From positions 1 to 64,000 of IMG/VR virus record IMGVR_UViG_3300012964_000001: 64,000 nt of DNA. One strand, 5' to 3'. This stretch comes from a virus. Positions 19,449-28,604 of the stretch are shown here, in pieces (the stretch's first letter is position 1; every line of letters starts with the position of its first letter). The position numbers were made by a program, and so were the translations under genes. The notes below the pieces were generated by a model. That model did not search any database. It saw only the letters and a program-made list of their open reading frames with translations, and was not told where the DNA came from.

Positions 19449-20041
19449 CCCGCCCTCTTGGCGCCCTGGAGGCGCTCAGACGCGCTAGACGGCGGGGACT
19501 CCCTGACCCCCGCGCTTGGGCGCTCTCGCTCGGTAGAGATAAAACCTGTGTCAGCAATCGGCTCTTTCGACCGAGATGGGATCTTGATCCCGAGCTTCGC
19601 GAACTGGGCCGCCTGCTCAGCGGTGGGGAGGCATGACCCGGCCGTGAACTTCCGCCACGCCTCCTCCGACCGCTCGCGTTCGGAGCGAAGTGCGGCCCGG
19701 CGTGCCCGGCGGAGAGCCGACGCGTCTGCCGGGGCCACGGTCCCCTCGGGCTTGATCGGGCGCCGCCCTGGGGTCTGCCACATCGACCAAACGTGCTTGG
19801 CGGCCCATCGGCGCCAGACATCCAGAGGGCGAACCTCAGTCCCAACGGTTGCCCCTAGCAGGAAGTCCTGTAAGCCCGGCTCGATAGCCCATTCCGGCAT
19901 GCCGCACCGGGCCACCAGCGTGTAGACCTGCTCTTCGGTCAGCGTGAGGGATGGAGGGCATGGGACGAGAGCTGGCTCGTTCTGTGCTTCAGGCGCGCGG
20001 AGAGGTGACCTGTTAGGTTGATCAGGCTTAGAAAGGTTCAT
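19445..20041 (-). CDS. hypothetical protein (198 aa)
   Basis: Long co-oriented ORF. Confidence 0.55.
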   Translation of the reverse strand: MNLSKPDQPNRSPLRAPEAQNEPALVPCPPSLTLTEEQVYTLVARCGMPEWAIEPGLQDFLLGATVGTEVRPLDVWRRWAAKHVWSMWQTPGRRPIKPEGTVAPADASALRRARRAALRSERERSEEAWRKFTAGSCLPTAEQAAQFAKLGIKIPSRSKEPIADTGFISTERERPSAGVRESPPSSASERLQGAKRAG

Positions 20042-20096
20042 AAGAAATCCATCAATCCATCAGAGGGGACGGGTACGGGGACGGGAGACCAGAAAC

Positions 20097-20708
20097 TTAC
20101 CGAGCACCTACCGGTAATAATCTGGTTATTTTCCGGTTGGGTTCCGGTAGCAGAACAATCCCAGCTTGTTCAGGAGTGCGATCCCTTTTGATTGAATTGC
20201 ACCCTCTGCATGCAACAACAACGTTGTCTGGTCCGTCGCTTCCACCGGTCGATATCGGTGTCACATGATCATAGGTGCCTCCGGTGGGACCTTTTCTATC
20301 TACCCACGACACCTTGCAGCCACAGTATCTACAAGCATCTCCATCTCGCTCCTTGATCTGTCGCATTAATCCTTGATTTGCTCGAAGCAACGACCGTCGT
20401 TGAGCGATGTTTCGTTTTTCCTTTACTTCTGCAGCTGATGGGTTCCAGTCGGCGAAGTCGTGAATGAGCCACCCGCCCGCTACGGGCTCCCATAGTCCAG
20501 CGCTCACCAGCTCATGGAGCGCCGAGACCAAAGCTTTGCCCTGCGGCGCCTTGGTGAGACACAGCGGGATAGCCTCTCCAACGAATCCATCTGTCAGCTG
20601 GTCGGCACAATGAAGCATCGCCGTCACGTGCAATCTGAAGGCTCGATCGCTCAAAGGAGCCACCTTTTTATGGTGAGCGAACCCGTCATCTAGGCGTAGC
20701 CATGTCAC
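20097..20708 (-). CDS. HNH endonuclease domain protein
   Basis: CRYCGCKV...YDHVTPISTGG...NVVVACRGCNSIKRD. Confidence 0.8.
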   Translation of the reverse strand: MTWLRLDDGFAHHKKVAPLSDRAFRLHVTAMLHCADQLTDGFVGEAIPLCLTKAPQGKALVSALHELVSAGLWEPVAGGWLIHDFADWNPSAAEVKEKRNIAQRRSLLRANQGLMRQIKERDGDACRYCGCKVSWVDRKGPTGGTYDHVTPISTGGSDGPDNVVVACRGCNSIKRDRTPEQAGIVLLPEPNRKITRLLPVGAR

Positions 20709-21133
20709 CCGAGAACTCCTCTCCTCTTCAGAGCCATCCGAGCCGACTTGAGCGAGCGGAATGGGCGGCGCGGGGAGCGGAGCCAGCGTGCTTTGCAGCC
20801 GGATTCATCGAGTGAAACAACGGCCCACCCGCCGCCGTACTTCCGTTTCCGACATCTGATCATGTAAATCGCGATATTCCCATGGTAGCCGGTGATGCTC
20901 ACGATGCGGCCGTGTTCGATCGTTAGATTCTCGGTCACCGACCAAAAAAAGGCTTCGATTTGCTCACGAAGTTGAGCGCAGTACTTACCGAAACAAGCGA
21001 TAGTGGTGTTGATAGGTACCAATGGTACTATCACCATGTCTGACCCCGGGACGGCCGGGTCAATTCCGATCTGCAAGTTCTCGACCGTGGTCTCGACGCC
21101 ATCGATAAAGAGCTTGTCGTTCTTGAGTTCCAT
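20705..21133 (-). CDS. hypothetical protein (142 aa)
   Basis: ATG (MELKND) overlaps the upstream stop (TGATG at 21131-21135). Confidence 0.5.
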   Translation of the reverse strand: MELKNDKLFIDGVETTVENLQIGIDPAVPGSDMVIVPLVPINTTIACFGKYCAQLREQIEAFFWSVTENLTIEHGRIVSITGYHGNIAIYMIRCRKRKYGGGWAVVSLDESGCKARWLRSPRRPFRSLKSARMALKRRGVLG

Positions 21134-21603
21134 CACGCCGCCTTCTCCGATCCCGGCAGAACCATTGCCAGCTGTTCCCGTAGCCACCGAAGGAACTGAG
21201 CCGGCGTGTCGGCCGCTCTCCAGGCCCTCTGAACCTCGAGTAGGATGGACGCGCGCTCGGCGATCAGGACCTTGTGCCGGGCGTCAAGCTGCTGGGGTCC
21301 CTTGGGGGCGCTGGGGTTGCCGACCGAGTTCCGGATGCGCTGCTTGACCATGCAGAGCTCACACTTGGCCTTCCCGGGCATCAGGGGCCGACTGTCATAG
21401 GGGCATAGGCCTTGGCTCCTGTACTGGAAGCGACGCTCCCGCTGCCTGGACCTCTGCCGGAGCCTCTCGGCTTTGGCGACGGCTGCCGCGGCGTGGTCGG
21501 CGCGAACGTAGAAGACCAGGACACCGTCGGGCAGTGCACGGTCGAGTTCCAGGCAGGAGTCGAGCGTTCCGTCGGGTTTGAATTCGACGCGGAAGGTCTT
21601 CAT
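21133..21603 (-). CDS. hypothetical protein (156 aa)
   Basis: ATG (MKTFRVEF) with an ATGA overlap at 21600-21603. Confidence 0.55.
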   Translation of the reverse strand: MKTFRVEFKPDGTLDSCLELDRALPDGVLVFYVRADHAAAAVAKAERLRQRSRQRERRFQYRSQGLCPYDSRPLMPGKAKCELCMVKQRIRNSVGNPSAPKGPQQLDARHKVLIAERASILLEVQRAWRAADTPAQFLRWLREQLAMVLPGSEKAA

Positions 21604-22271
21604 GGCTCGTCCCCCGTCCAGAGCTCGAGCAGCACCCCACCGGATATGCCCAGGGGGGCCGGCTCCCACCAGGTGGACCGGTTGAGTTTGGTGCCCTTAT
21701 CATCCTCGATGAGCCCTAACCCTGATACGTGGTTGATTTTGCCAGTCTTTCGGTTCCTGCGCACTATCCCTCGTAGGCAGATGTCGAGCGCCTGCTTCTC
21801 GAATCCGCAATTGGGGTCTCGCTCACGCTGGCTGAAACACACGCACCTGGCGAATGGGAATCCGGGCAGCGTTTCGTAAGGACGGACGTCCTGGTTCGTC
21901 ATCTGGACCCACATCATCGAAAACAGCTGCTCTTTGACTTGCCCGTACCGCCAAGGCGGCATCCGGCGAGTCATGTTGACGGTCGGGCACAAGTCGAGCG
22001 GGAGCGCGAAGCGGACGACGAGTTTACCCACTGGGTCAACACGCTTCAGCCGGGAGTAGATGCCGATAAGCGGGTGCGCTAGCTGCTCGTCCATCCACTC
22101 GAGCATTCCGCGCCAGTCGTGGGGCTCAGTCGTGGAGGCCTTGGTCTTCTTGACACGCTTGACGTTTATGGAGCCGTCGGAACGGAAAAGCGAGCGCTGC
22201 GGATGTCCGCTCCGGGCAAGGAATTCTTCTCGGGTGATGCGGTTGATGGGGTTCATGTTCGCGGACTCCAT
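21600..22271 (-). CDS. RusA-like Holliday-junction resolvase domain protein (putative)
   Basis: RDPNCGFEKQALDICL and GLIEDDKG resemble the RusA D-x-D-N...K...D and DD motifs. The protein is longer than canonical RusA. Confidence 0.45.
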   Translation of the reverse strand: MESANMNPINRITREEFLARSGHPQRSLFRSDGSINVKRVKKTKASTTEPHDWRGMLEWMDEQLAHPLIGIYSRLKRVDPVGKLVVRFALPLDLCPTVNMTRRMPPWRYGQVKEQLFSMMWVQMTNQDVRPYETLPGFPFARCVCFSQRERDPNCGFEKQALDICLRGIVRRNRKTGKINHVSGLGLIEDDKGTKLNRSTWWEPAPLGISGGVLLELWTGDEP

Positions 22272-22819
22272 CGCTCAAGCGGCGTGTCCCCGCGCACGTA
22301 GAGAGGATGTCTCGGATGCCACGCCTTGGTCGTACCGAGGCACCAGAGGTCGGACCGGAAGATCCTAAGAGCCGTCTTGGAGCGCTCAACGGCTATTGGC
22401 TCTGCCCCCCATCCGACCACCAGCCGGTAAGCATCGACTCCGGCCTTCGACAGAAAGGCGTCGTTCTCTGGCCCGACCGGGTCGGACACCTTGAGCAGGT
22501 CTGCCGGGTCCGTCGCTCGGAACGCCAGCATGTTGTAGACGCGGAAACCGCAGCATCCCCAGATCTTTGCGAATGCCTGACACCGGCGGAGCGTCGGGTC
22601 CAGAACTTCGTGGGTCGCGGTCGAGGGGTTGAGCATAACAAAGTCTGCGTAGCCGCGCTTGTTGAACAGCTCACCGTGGAACGTCCGCCCAAGCTCGTAT
22701 CGGTAACGCTCGTCGTCGCTGAACACGGCCCACCCGTTTCGGTCTTCTGAGTAGCGGGTAATCACGGCGGAGTTTTCCTGAAACTGCACCGGACCCACCG
22801 CCACGCCATCATGAGCCAC
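22253..22819 (-). CDS. DUF1643-family protein
   Basis: FVMLNPSTA...LDPTLRRC...VYNMLAFRATDP matches the DUF1643 signature. Confidence 0.65.
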   Translation of the reverse strand: MAHDGVAVGPVQFQENSAVITRYSEDRNGWAVFSDDERYRYELGRTFHGELFNKRGYADFVMLNPSTATHEVLDPTLRRCQAFAKIWGCCGFRVYNMLAFRATDPADLLKVSDPVGPENDAFLSKAGVDAYRLVVGWGAEPIAVERSKTALRIFRSDLWCLGTTKAWHPRHPLYVRGDTPLERWSPRT

Positions 22820-22937
22820 GGAAGACTCAGGACGGCGTAGATCGGCAGGTCATGAAGTGGACTTCCACATGCGTGCATCGTCGTCTCCGGGCGGCCCCCC
22901 AGGAAGAGAGGGACCGCCAATCGTCACGGCGGTTCAG

Positions 22938-23822
22938 CTACTCCGGTTGCCCTCGGTAGAGCGGCAGTTCGGTATGGGTAACCGCCTTGTCGCAGACCGT
23001 GCCGAAAGCCTCCGCGAGCGCCAGGTCTGGCCGGTAGAGCTCTACTGCCCAGGTGATGGTCCCGTTGTTGACTCGGTATCGGAGTCTCGCCGGAATGTGG
23101 TGGACGGCCCCGTCTCGGAAGACCTCGATCGAGAGCAGAAACAGCCCCGGAACGACGACGTTTTCGTCCGGCTCGTGCTCTTCGACGAACACCAGAGCCC
23201 GTTCCCCGGACTGCCGGTTCACGGCCTGCTTGACCTGCATCTTCACCGTGACCCCTAGCTTGGTGCTCAGTGTGAGCAGCTGGTTCGGCATCGCATACTC
23301 CTTGTGGAGTTTTGTACCGATCTCGATAGCCGTAGCATATTCTGGCTTGTCGGGATCGATGACTCCGATGTCCATGATGCGATCTTCGATGAACGCGGCC
23401 ATTTCGTCTTGGGTGTGGGACTCGTTACAGAATTCTTCCCACTTCTCCCAAGCATCGGACTTTGGGCATTCGTACCGCGCCCGGTGCTCACCGAATTCCG
23501 GGGTCTCCTGATTGCCGTGGTAGTCGAAGACCGTGGTCAGCGTGCACTCTTCGCTATTGGCGAAGATTACGGAATTCGGCACCTTGAACCGGTTGGTGTG
23601 GTCGATGAAGGACTGTAGGTTGGTAAGCACCGCGGTCCCTTTGATGCGATCCGGGCGTACCAGGTACTCATCGAGGAACGGCTTAATGGACTTGAGCTCT
23701 CGTCCTTTGGGAACAACCAAGACGGTTGCTTGGTTGTCATTCCGCGAAAGTACTATACTTTTCGCATCGAGTAATCTCTCGCTCAGCTCTACGACGGTCT
23801 GGGCAATGTTCTCTTCGCTCAT
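22938..23822 (-). CDS. hypothetical protein (294 aa)
   Basis: Long ORF with a 4-nt overlap to the upstream gene. Confidence 0.6.
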   Translation of the reverse strand: MSEENIAQTVVELSERLLDAKSIVLSRNDNQATVLVVPKGRELKSIKPFLDEYLVRPDRIKGTAVLTNLQSFIDHTNRFKVPNSVIFANSEECTLTTVFDYHGNQETPEFGEHRARYECPKSDAWEKWEEFCNESHTQDEMAAFIEDRIMDIGVIDPDKPEYATAIEIGTKLHKEYAMPNQLLTLSTKLGVTVKMQVKQAVNRQSGERALVFVEEHEPDENVVVPGLFLLSIEVFRDGAVHHIPARLRYRVNNGTITWAVELYRPDLALAEAFGTVCDKAVTHTELPLYRGQPE

Positions 23823-24187
23823 GATGGTAGCCTCTTGGTCTTTCCGAAGACCTCATCGTCTTCTTTCTCGAATGGCAGCTTGGTTTGGGTGAATGGGGCT
23901 TTGGCTATCTCGCCCCGTTTGTTGATGAAGAAAGCGGACGTGTCGCGCGCCGGCTGCGGCGCCTTCGTGTCCACCTTCCCGAGTTCCACGTAGCACTTCC
24001 CGTTGTTGATGACCTTGAACGACAGAGCGAGCGTAAGGGTCCCTTTCGCCTCGGCCTGGGCTTGAGCTTCCTCCCAGAGCTTCTGTAGAAGCTCGCTCAC
24101 TCGTTCCGTGAGCTCGGCATCGGCGGCCCCATCCTGTAGCTCTCCGATGAATTCCGAGAAGCTTGCGATTGCGGTTTGGTCAGCCAT
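23819..24187 (-). CDS. hypothetical protein (122 aa)
   Basis: ATG (MADQTA) lies 5 nt from the upstream stop at 24180. Confidence 0.5.
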   Translation of the reverse strand: MADQTAIASFSEFIGELQDGAADAELTERVSELLQKLWEEAQAQAEAKGTLTLALSFKVINNGKCYVELGKVDTKAPQPARDTSAFFINKRGEIAKAPFTQTKLPFEKEDDEVFGKTKRLPS

Positions 24188-24452
24188 GGTTTTCTTTCTG
24201 CGCCGCATTGGCGCGTTCTGTGTACCGTTTCGCCTCCTGCATCGCCTCGTGCATCGTGCGGCACGAGGCGAAGAAGAACCGGGACTCTTGCCCCTGGTTT
24301 ACGCCTTTGATCCGGGGCAGAATCTTGGACCGCATCTCGGCGGTCCAGAATCCGTCCACACTTTCGACCAGGCCGTACTCGGGGTGTACGTACCGGCCTT
24401 CGCCGGTGCGGATCCATCCGTCTTTGGACCATCGGTAGAAGTGGTCAGGCAT
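24180..24452 (-). CDS. hypothetical protein (90 aa)
   Basis: Co-oriented ORF with overlap coupling. Confidence 0.5.
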   Translation of the reverse strand: MPDHFYRWSKDGWIRTGEGRYVHPEYGLVESVDGFWTAEMRSKILPRIKGVNQGQESRFFFASCRTMHEAMQEAKRYTERANAAQKENHG

Positions 24453-24855
24453 TCTTCAACTCACGTTCTGCGACTGCTCTTGCCTCTTCGGCCGTCGTCC
24501 AGAATGGTCCCCCGTCGGTTTCAATGCGCCGCCAATTGCCGTCGTCCTGAATGCACGCAGCCCACCCAAGGCCGCGATTGAGTACACGTGCTCGGTCCCC
24601 TTCGCGTCGGTACGAACCGTCTGGTTGGGGATTCCAACGAGATGAGTCAGGCACACAGTGGAATGCTCGACGCCTTTCCTCCGCCAATCGTGCTCCCGGA
24701 CCCCACCGTCCACTCTGTGCTGGAATCGGTTTTGGTAGGTGAGGATTCCCCCACCGTGTACCCCGGCTGACACAGACCACCGGGAGCCCATTGGGGCTAA
24801 TGAGCTTCGCTCCTTTTTTCCTAGAACGCTGAAGGCGAACTGGTTTCACGGACAT
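24445..24855 (-). CDS. DUF4326-like protein
   Basis: RLQRSRKKGAKL...VCVSRGTRWGNPH resembles the DUF4326 N-terminal signature. Confidence 0.55.
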   Translation of the reverse strand: MSVKPVRLQRSRKKGAKLISPNGLPVVCVSRGTRWGNPHLPKPIPAQSGRWGPGARLAEERRRAFHCVPDSSRWNPQPDGSYRREGDRARVLNRGLGWAACIQDDGNWRRIETDGGPFWTTAEEARAVAERELKNA

Positions 24856-25154
24856 GCGTGTTGCTTCCTTTTCTCGCGCCTTGACACACACGGCTCTGAA
24901 TGTGGTGGATGGAATGGCTCTGAGAGCAGGTAGACAAAGAGCGGAGCTCGGGGCCTGCTTTGGTAGAAACCGATACCGTGCGAGTCCCGGCAATCTGCTC
25001 GGGACCACACTTGGAGTCGGTAGTAAATCGACTCAGCTGGCTCACTTTGGGTCGCCATACGGCGCATTAGCTCGCTGATCGAAAGCCCTTGGCGATGGCC
25101 AGCAAGGAATGCATGCACGCGGTCAATAAACGCAGATAGTTCATTTTTAGTCAT
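24846..25154 (-). CDS. hypothetical protein (102 aa)
   Basis: ATG (MTKNEL) with an ATGA overlap at 25151-25154. Confidence 0.4.
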   Translation of the reverse strand: MTKNELSAFIDRVHAFLAGHRQGLSISELMRRMATQSEPAESIYYRLQVWSRADCRDSHGIGFYQSRPRAPLFVYLLSEPFHPPHSEPCVSRREKRKQHACP

Positions 25155-25459
25155 CCACCCTTCCTTTCCGCATCTTCTGCGCAACCCACGAGTCCGAGCC
25201 CGATACTCTTCGCTTGATCTGGAGTGAACCAAAATTCCGTTTCCTCGGTCACGAGCTGTCCATCCCGCATTCCATGCGATGAGACGATGAAGAGCACGGC
25301 GCCTGGAGATGATTGGATGACGATGCCTGTCCCGGGGAACTCACGCAGTTCATCGGTGGACATGCGGGCAGCTCGACGCGCTGCAAGGTCGATCACGGGC
25401 ATGGAGGCCTCCGAATCCGGTAACGGTAAAGGCCTCCCTGTCGCGACACTTCCTGCCAC
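25151..25459 (-). CDS. hypothetical protein (start uncertain)
   Basis: Co-oriented ORF. Confidence 0.45.
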   Translation of the reverse strand: MAGSVATGRPLPLPDSEASMPVIDLAARRAARMSTDELREFPGTGIVIQSSPGAVLFIVSSHGMRDGQLVTEETEFWFTPDQAKSIGLGLVGCAEDAERKGG

Positions 25460-25567
25460 TCGGTCGTCATAAGGCGCTCTGAGCGGCGAAGTCGGGCGAT
25501 AGCGAGTTGGCTTTTGGTCATGATGCCTCTACGGGCATAGAGACTTCGGCCCAGTGTAATCCAGGCA

Positions 25568-25774
25568 TCACTTCTCCTCCGGTAGCGTGACTTCTGCCCA
25601 GTGGGTTACGCCTTCGGGAGCGCCGATCCAGCGCTGATTGTCAGCTAGCCAAGCCTGATACCAGTTGCCTCTACACACTACGGCGTAGAAGTGTGTGATC
25701 TGAGGACTCGGCTCACCCTCGCGAGGGGGCCAATGGTGCCAGATCACGGCAAAGTCCTCCGGTGGAAAGCACAT
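25568..25774 (-). CDS. hypothetical small protein (68 aa)
   Basis: Co-oriented ORF. Confidence 0.4.
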   Translation of the reverse strand: MCFPPEDFAVIWHHWPPREGEPSPQITHFYAVVCRGNWYQAWLADNQRWIGAPEGVTHWAEVTLPEEK

Positions 25775-25790
25775 CCCGGCATGTGACTAG

Positions 25791-26036
25791 TCATGAATCC
25801 ATCCCTGATGGTTTGTTCGCAAACTTGCGCATCGCAGCCTTCATCGCTGCGTCCTTCGAGCGGAACAGCCGCTCGCTTCCCTTGGGGGTCCAGAGCCATC
25901 CCATGCCAGAGTGTCCCGCACGCCATCTGCGCTCAGATGGGAAGTAGACCACGCATACATCTTCATTGGCTTCCCAGAACCAACCGGTGAATCCGAGACC
26001 TCGGACGTAACGCCATCCGTGTGCCTTGGTGGACAT
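25791..26036 (-). CDS. hypothetical protein (81 aa)
   Basis: ATG (MSTKAHGW) overlaps the upstream stop (TGATG). Confidence 0.45.
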   Translation of the reverse strand: MSTKAHGWRYVRGLGFTGWFWEANEDVCVVYFPSERRWRAGHSGMGWLWTPKGSERLFRSKDAAMKAAMRKFANKPSGMDS

Positions 26037-26383
26037 CAGGCGGAACTCCTGCTCACCGCCGCGAAGGCGGAGGCCAGTAGCCACGGTCTTGGGTTCAGAG
26101 CGGCCGCGCACTCAAGCAGTGCGCGAGATGCGTCTCGGTGCGTGGTAGGTAGCTCACAGAGCGGCTCGGGGTCGCCAACGAATTCGGTGGGGTCTCTGGG
26201 GTCCACGTGCTCGTGGTCCACACAGACCGATGCAGCCGGCTCCAGCACCACCCCGCAGACCCAGCAGCTGTTCAGTCGCCAGGCAATCTCGCGGGCGGAG
26301 ACGGCAAGGGAGAAGAGGGTGACAACTCCCCTACCTGCCGGAGACGGCGAGGTAGGGGCTTCTCGGTTCAACGGGCGAGCCAT
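26036..26383 (-). CDS. HNH/endonuclease VII-like small protein (true start probably downstream of 26383)
   Basis: CWVCG...VCVDHEHVD. The N-terminal ~17 codons (to ~26334) overlap the TnpB relic frame. Confidence 0.4.
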   Translation of the reverse strand: MARPLNREAPTSPSPAGRGVVTLFSLAVSAREIAWRLNSCWVCGVVLEPAASVCVDHEHVDPRDPTEFVGDPEPLCELPTTHRDASRALLECAAALNPRPWLLASAFAAVSRSSA

Positions 26384-26546
26384 CGCTCATCCCTCCCCGA
26401 AGGGCGTGCCCCGCCCTGTTTCCGATGTTGCGCGCTGCATTGACGTCGCGATCCAGCGGACCCCCGCCTGCAAAGCCGAGGCGGGGGCTTGCTCTCGTTC
26501 GGTCATCGGGAAACCTCCAGGACGTGCTTCCAGAACTTCCCGCGAA
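26334..26546 (-). pseudogene. Relic of a TnpB/Cas12-family C-terminus (RuvC-III motif only)
   Basis: The minus-strand frame reads ...RLGFAGGGPLDRDVNAARNIGNRAG...; the DRDVNAARNI motif is at 26424-26453. An in-frame stop lies ~30 codons upstream of the motif, there is no zinc finger, and no room is left before the integrase gene. Confidence 0.5.
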
Positions 26547-26679
26547 CTAGCCAGTCTATCGTCTGCCAGTTGACTCTGATTTCGGGGAGGACCTCCCCGT
26601 TATCTGGGTCCTGGGAGCTCGTTGGCGCCCTACTATGCCTCTTTACACGGCGCTTTTTGTGCTGCTTTCGAGCTCTACG

Positions 26680-26707
26680 CGAGGTTCGAGTCCTCGCGCT
26701 GGAGCCC
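26680..26707 (+). other. tRNA 3'-end-like segment (T-arm + acceptor strand); candidate attP core
   Basis: CGAGG-TTCGAGT-CCTCG is a perfect T-arm (26680-26696), followed by CGCTGGA-G-CCC. No matching 5' acceptor, D or anticodon arm lies upstream. It ends 5 nt from the integrase stop. Confidence 0.5.
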
Positions 26708-26711
26708 TGAA

Positions 26712-27818
26712 TCAGGCACTTTTCCTGCGTTTCACGCTGCTGCCATGGACCGGCTCCCCAGAATCCTCCCCAATAACCGCTGAGGCAGCCCGAAAGGATG
26801 GCCGGAAATACCGAGAGGTAGTGTGCGGGTCTTTGTGACCAGCCAGGTACTGGATCCCCGCCAGAGTCGCCCCGGGCCTCTCCCCGAAGTGGGTCAAAGC
26901 TGCCGACCGAAGATGCTGCATGCAGAGTATCTCGGCCTTCGTTGGGGATAGCTTCGCCCTGACGGCTGCGGACCGCACGTAAGGGTCGAGTCGGTGGCGG
27001 CCGAAGATTGTCCCTCGCTCGGGACAAACCGAGTCGAGCGCCTTCCTTGCTGCCCGTGATAGAGGGATGTCCCGAGCAAATCCCTCCTTGTCGATGTCCT
27101 CGGTGATTCTCAGAATCCGTTGCCCTTTCGAGTAGTGCTCGGGGCAGGACAACCGGTGCAGCGTTTCGGGTCTCAGCGATGTCTCGTGAGCCACGACTGC
27201 TCGAGCTCGGACCGGCCAGCCTTCTCCATTGGACCTCTCTGGTAGCGCGGCAATGAAGCGATCCACCTCCTGGGGTGAGAGGTCTGGTGCACGCATTCGG
27301 CGCCGGACCACTCCGGGGCGCCCCATGGTGCTCGCCGCTAGCTCGGGAACGGTGGGCATCTCGGGGAGCTGGTCCTGGTCGACCAGGTAGCGCAGAAATT
27401 TGCGCAGCGCCGAGGTCTCGTTCCGCACGGCCTTGCCCCCGACCTCTCGAAGTCGGTCCTGAATGTAATCGGCAACAGCACGGTCCACGAGCTCCGAGAC
27501 TCGCTTCCATCGACGGCACCAGCAGCCACCATAGATCCGATAGCGACACCGGGTGATCTCCCGGATAGCGAGCGATGCGACCCACTTCGCTATCCATTGG
27601 ACGACCTCCGAGTCGCTAACTCGACTACGTTGCTTTCCGTCTGGGCCTTTCCTGACGGATGCCGCGTAGATTTGAGCAGCTGCTTTCTCAGCTGAGCTTC
27701 GATCGCGGCGGTCTCGGCATCCAGTGGAGCGCTCGACACGTTTGCTTTGCGTCGTCCACCGGACCTGCCAGGTATCCTCATGCCAACGGAGTTTCCAACC
27801 CTGTGCTCTGCGACCCAT
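26712..27818 (-). CDS. int: tyrosine recombinase / phage integrase
   Basis: AHETSLRPETL (Arg box), HLRSAALTH (H-x-x-R) and LAGHKDPHTTSRYF (catalytic Tyr). Confidence 0.85.
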   Translation of the reverse strand: MGRRAQGWKLRWHEDTWQVRWTTQSKRVERSTGCRDRRDRSSAEKAAAQIYAASVRKGPDGKQRSRVSDSEVVQWIAKWVASLAIREITRCRYRIYGGCWCRRWKRVSELVDRAVADYIQDRLREVGGKAVRNETSALRKFLRYLVDQDQLPEMPTVPELAASTMGRPGVVRRRMRAPDLSPQEVDRFIAALPERSNGEGWPVRARAVVAHETSLRPETLHRLSCPEHYSKGQRILRITEDIDKEGFARDIPLSRAARKALDSVCPERGTIFGRHRLDPYVRSAAVRAKLSPTKAEILCMQHLRSAALTHFGERPGATLAGIQYLAGHKDPHTTSRYFRPSFRAASAVIGEDSGEPVHGSSVKRRKSA

Positions 27819-27958
27819 TGATCCAGCGCCTCTCGTTCGTATCGAACTAGGCTCCGGACCTTGCCCTGCACTTCGACCCGAGTCACTACTGGACGGATGT
27901 TCGCCTGAAAATACCGTAAGGAAACATGCAGATAGCGTGCCGCCTCTTCTCGCGTCAT
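27590..27958 (-). CDS. excisionase-type HTH DNA-binding protein
   Basis: MTREEAARYLHVSLRYFQ at the N-terminus. It sits directly upstream of int with overlapping ends. Confidence 0.6.
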   Translation of the reverse strand: MTREEAARYLHVSLRYFQANIRPVVTRVEVQGKVRSLVRYEREALDQWVAEHRVGNSVGMRIPGRSGGRRKANVSSAPLDAETAAIEAQLRKQLLKSTRHPSGKAQTESNVVELATRRSSNG

Positions 27959-27999
27959 CAAGGATGATGATCCATGAAGCTTCAGCTCTGCGCGTTCGG

Positions 28000-28236
28000 T
28001 CACCGCTGCGCCTCCTTCACGAGCTTCTGCCAGTGGCCCTTCTGGAAGGCATTCTGCCACATCTTGGCCGCTTCGATCTCTTTGCGTAGGGTAGCGTTCT
28101 CGGATTCAAGCTTGCTGATGTGCGCCTCGTTCATTCGGCGCGCGTAGTCTAGGCTAGTCTCGAGCCGACGAATCTCTTTGAGGCACTTTTCGCGCGCCAC
28201 AGTCATTAGGCGCAGTTGGGTTTCAAGGTCAGTCAC
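28000..28236 (-). CDS. hypothetical coiled-coil protein (78 aa)
   Basis: Co-oriented ORF with 4-nt overlap coupling. Confidence 0.5.
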   Translation of the reverse strand: MTDLETQLRLMTVAREKCLKEIRRLETSLDYARRMNEAHISKLESENATLRKEIEAAKMWQNAFQKGHWQKLVKEAQR

Positions 28237-28604
28237 GGATACCTCTCTCCCCTGGTTTCGCGAATCGTCTGAACCTCTTGTAGCGCGTCAAGCAGATCAC
28301 GAATGACGACGCGCGCAGCTGCGGCGTTGCAGCGTAGGTCGCCGACATGCGCATCAAGCCAGTATCTTCCGAGCTTGACCGCTTGTTGAACTTCTTGGAA
28401 GTCCGGGGTGGGCACACTCAACGCCGCCAGAACCTCCCGAGCTGCCTTCAGCTCGGCTTCTGCCTTTTCGACGCGCTTTTGCGCCATAGGTAGATGGAAG
28501 TCGAAGCACGGTTGGCAGTAGCCAGCACGAACGGCGTCGCGACCACAATCCTCTCGGTCGCTTCCATCCAAGACTCGACCTCTACATCGATTAGACACCG
28601 CCAA
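28233..28604 (-). CDS. hypothetical protein (123 aa)
   Basis: Co-oriented ORF. Confidence 0.5.
   Translation of the reverse strand: MAVSNRCRGRVLDGSDREDCGRDAVRAGYCQPCFDFHLPMAQKRVEKAEAELKAAREVLAALSVPTPDFQEVQQAVKLGRYWLDAHVGDLRCNAAAARVVIRDLLDALQEVQTIRETRGERYP

Noticed and set aside
26620-26707. A complete tRNA gene next to the integrase.
   Set aside because: Only the T-arm and the 3' acceptor strand are present. There is no TCCAGCG 5' strand, D-arm or acceptable anticodon stem-loop in the preceding 90 nt.
26503-27597. The 364-aa minus-strand ORF overlapping the integrase gene.
   Set aside because: It is an alternative frame of the int region with Arg/Pro/Gly/Ser-rich composition. The 26712-27818 frame carries the tyrosine recombinase motifs.
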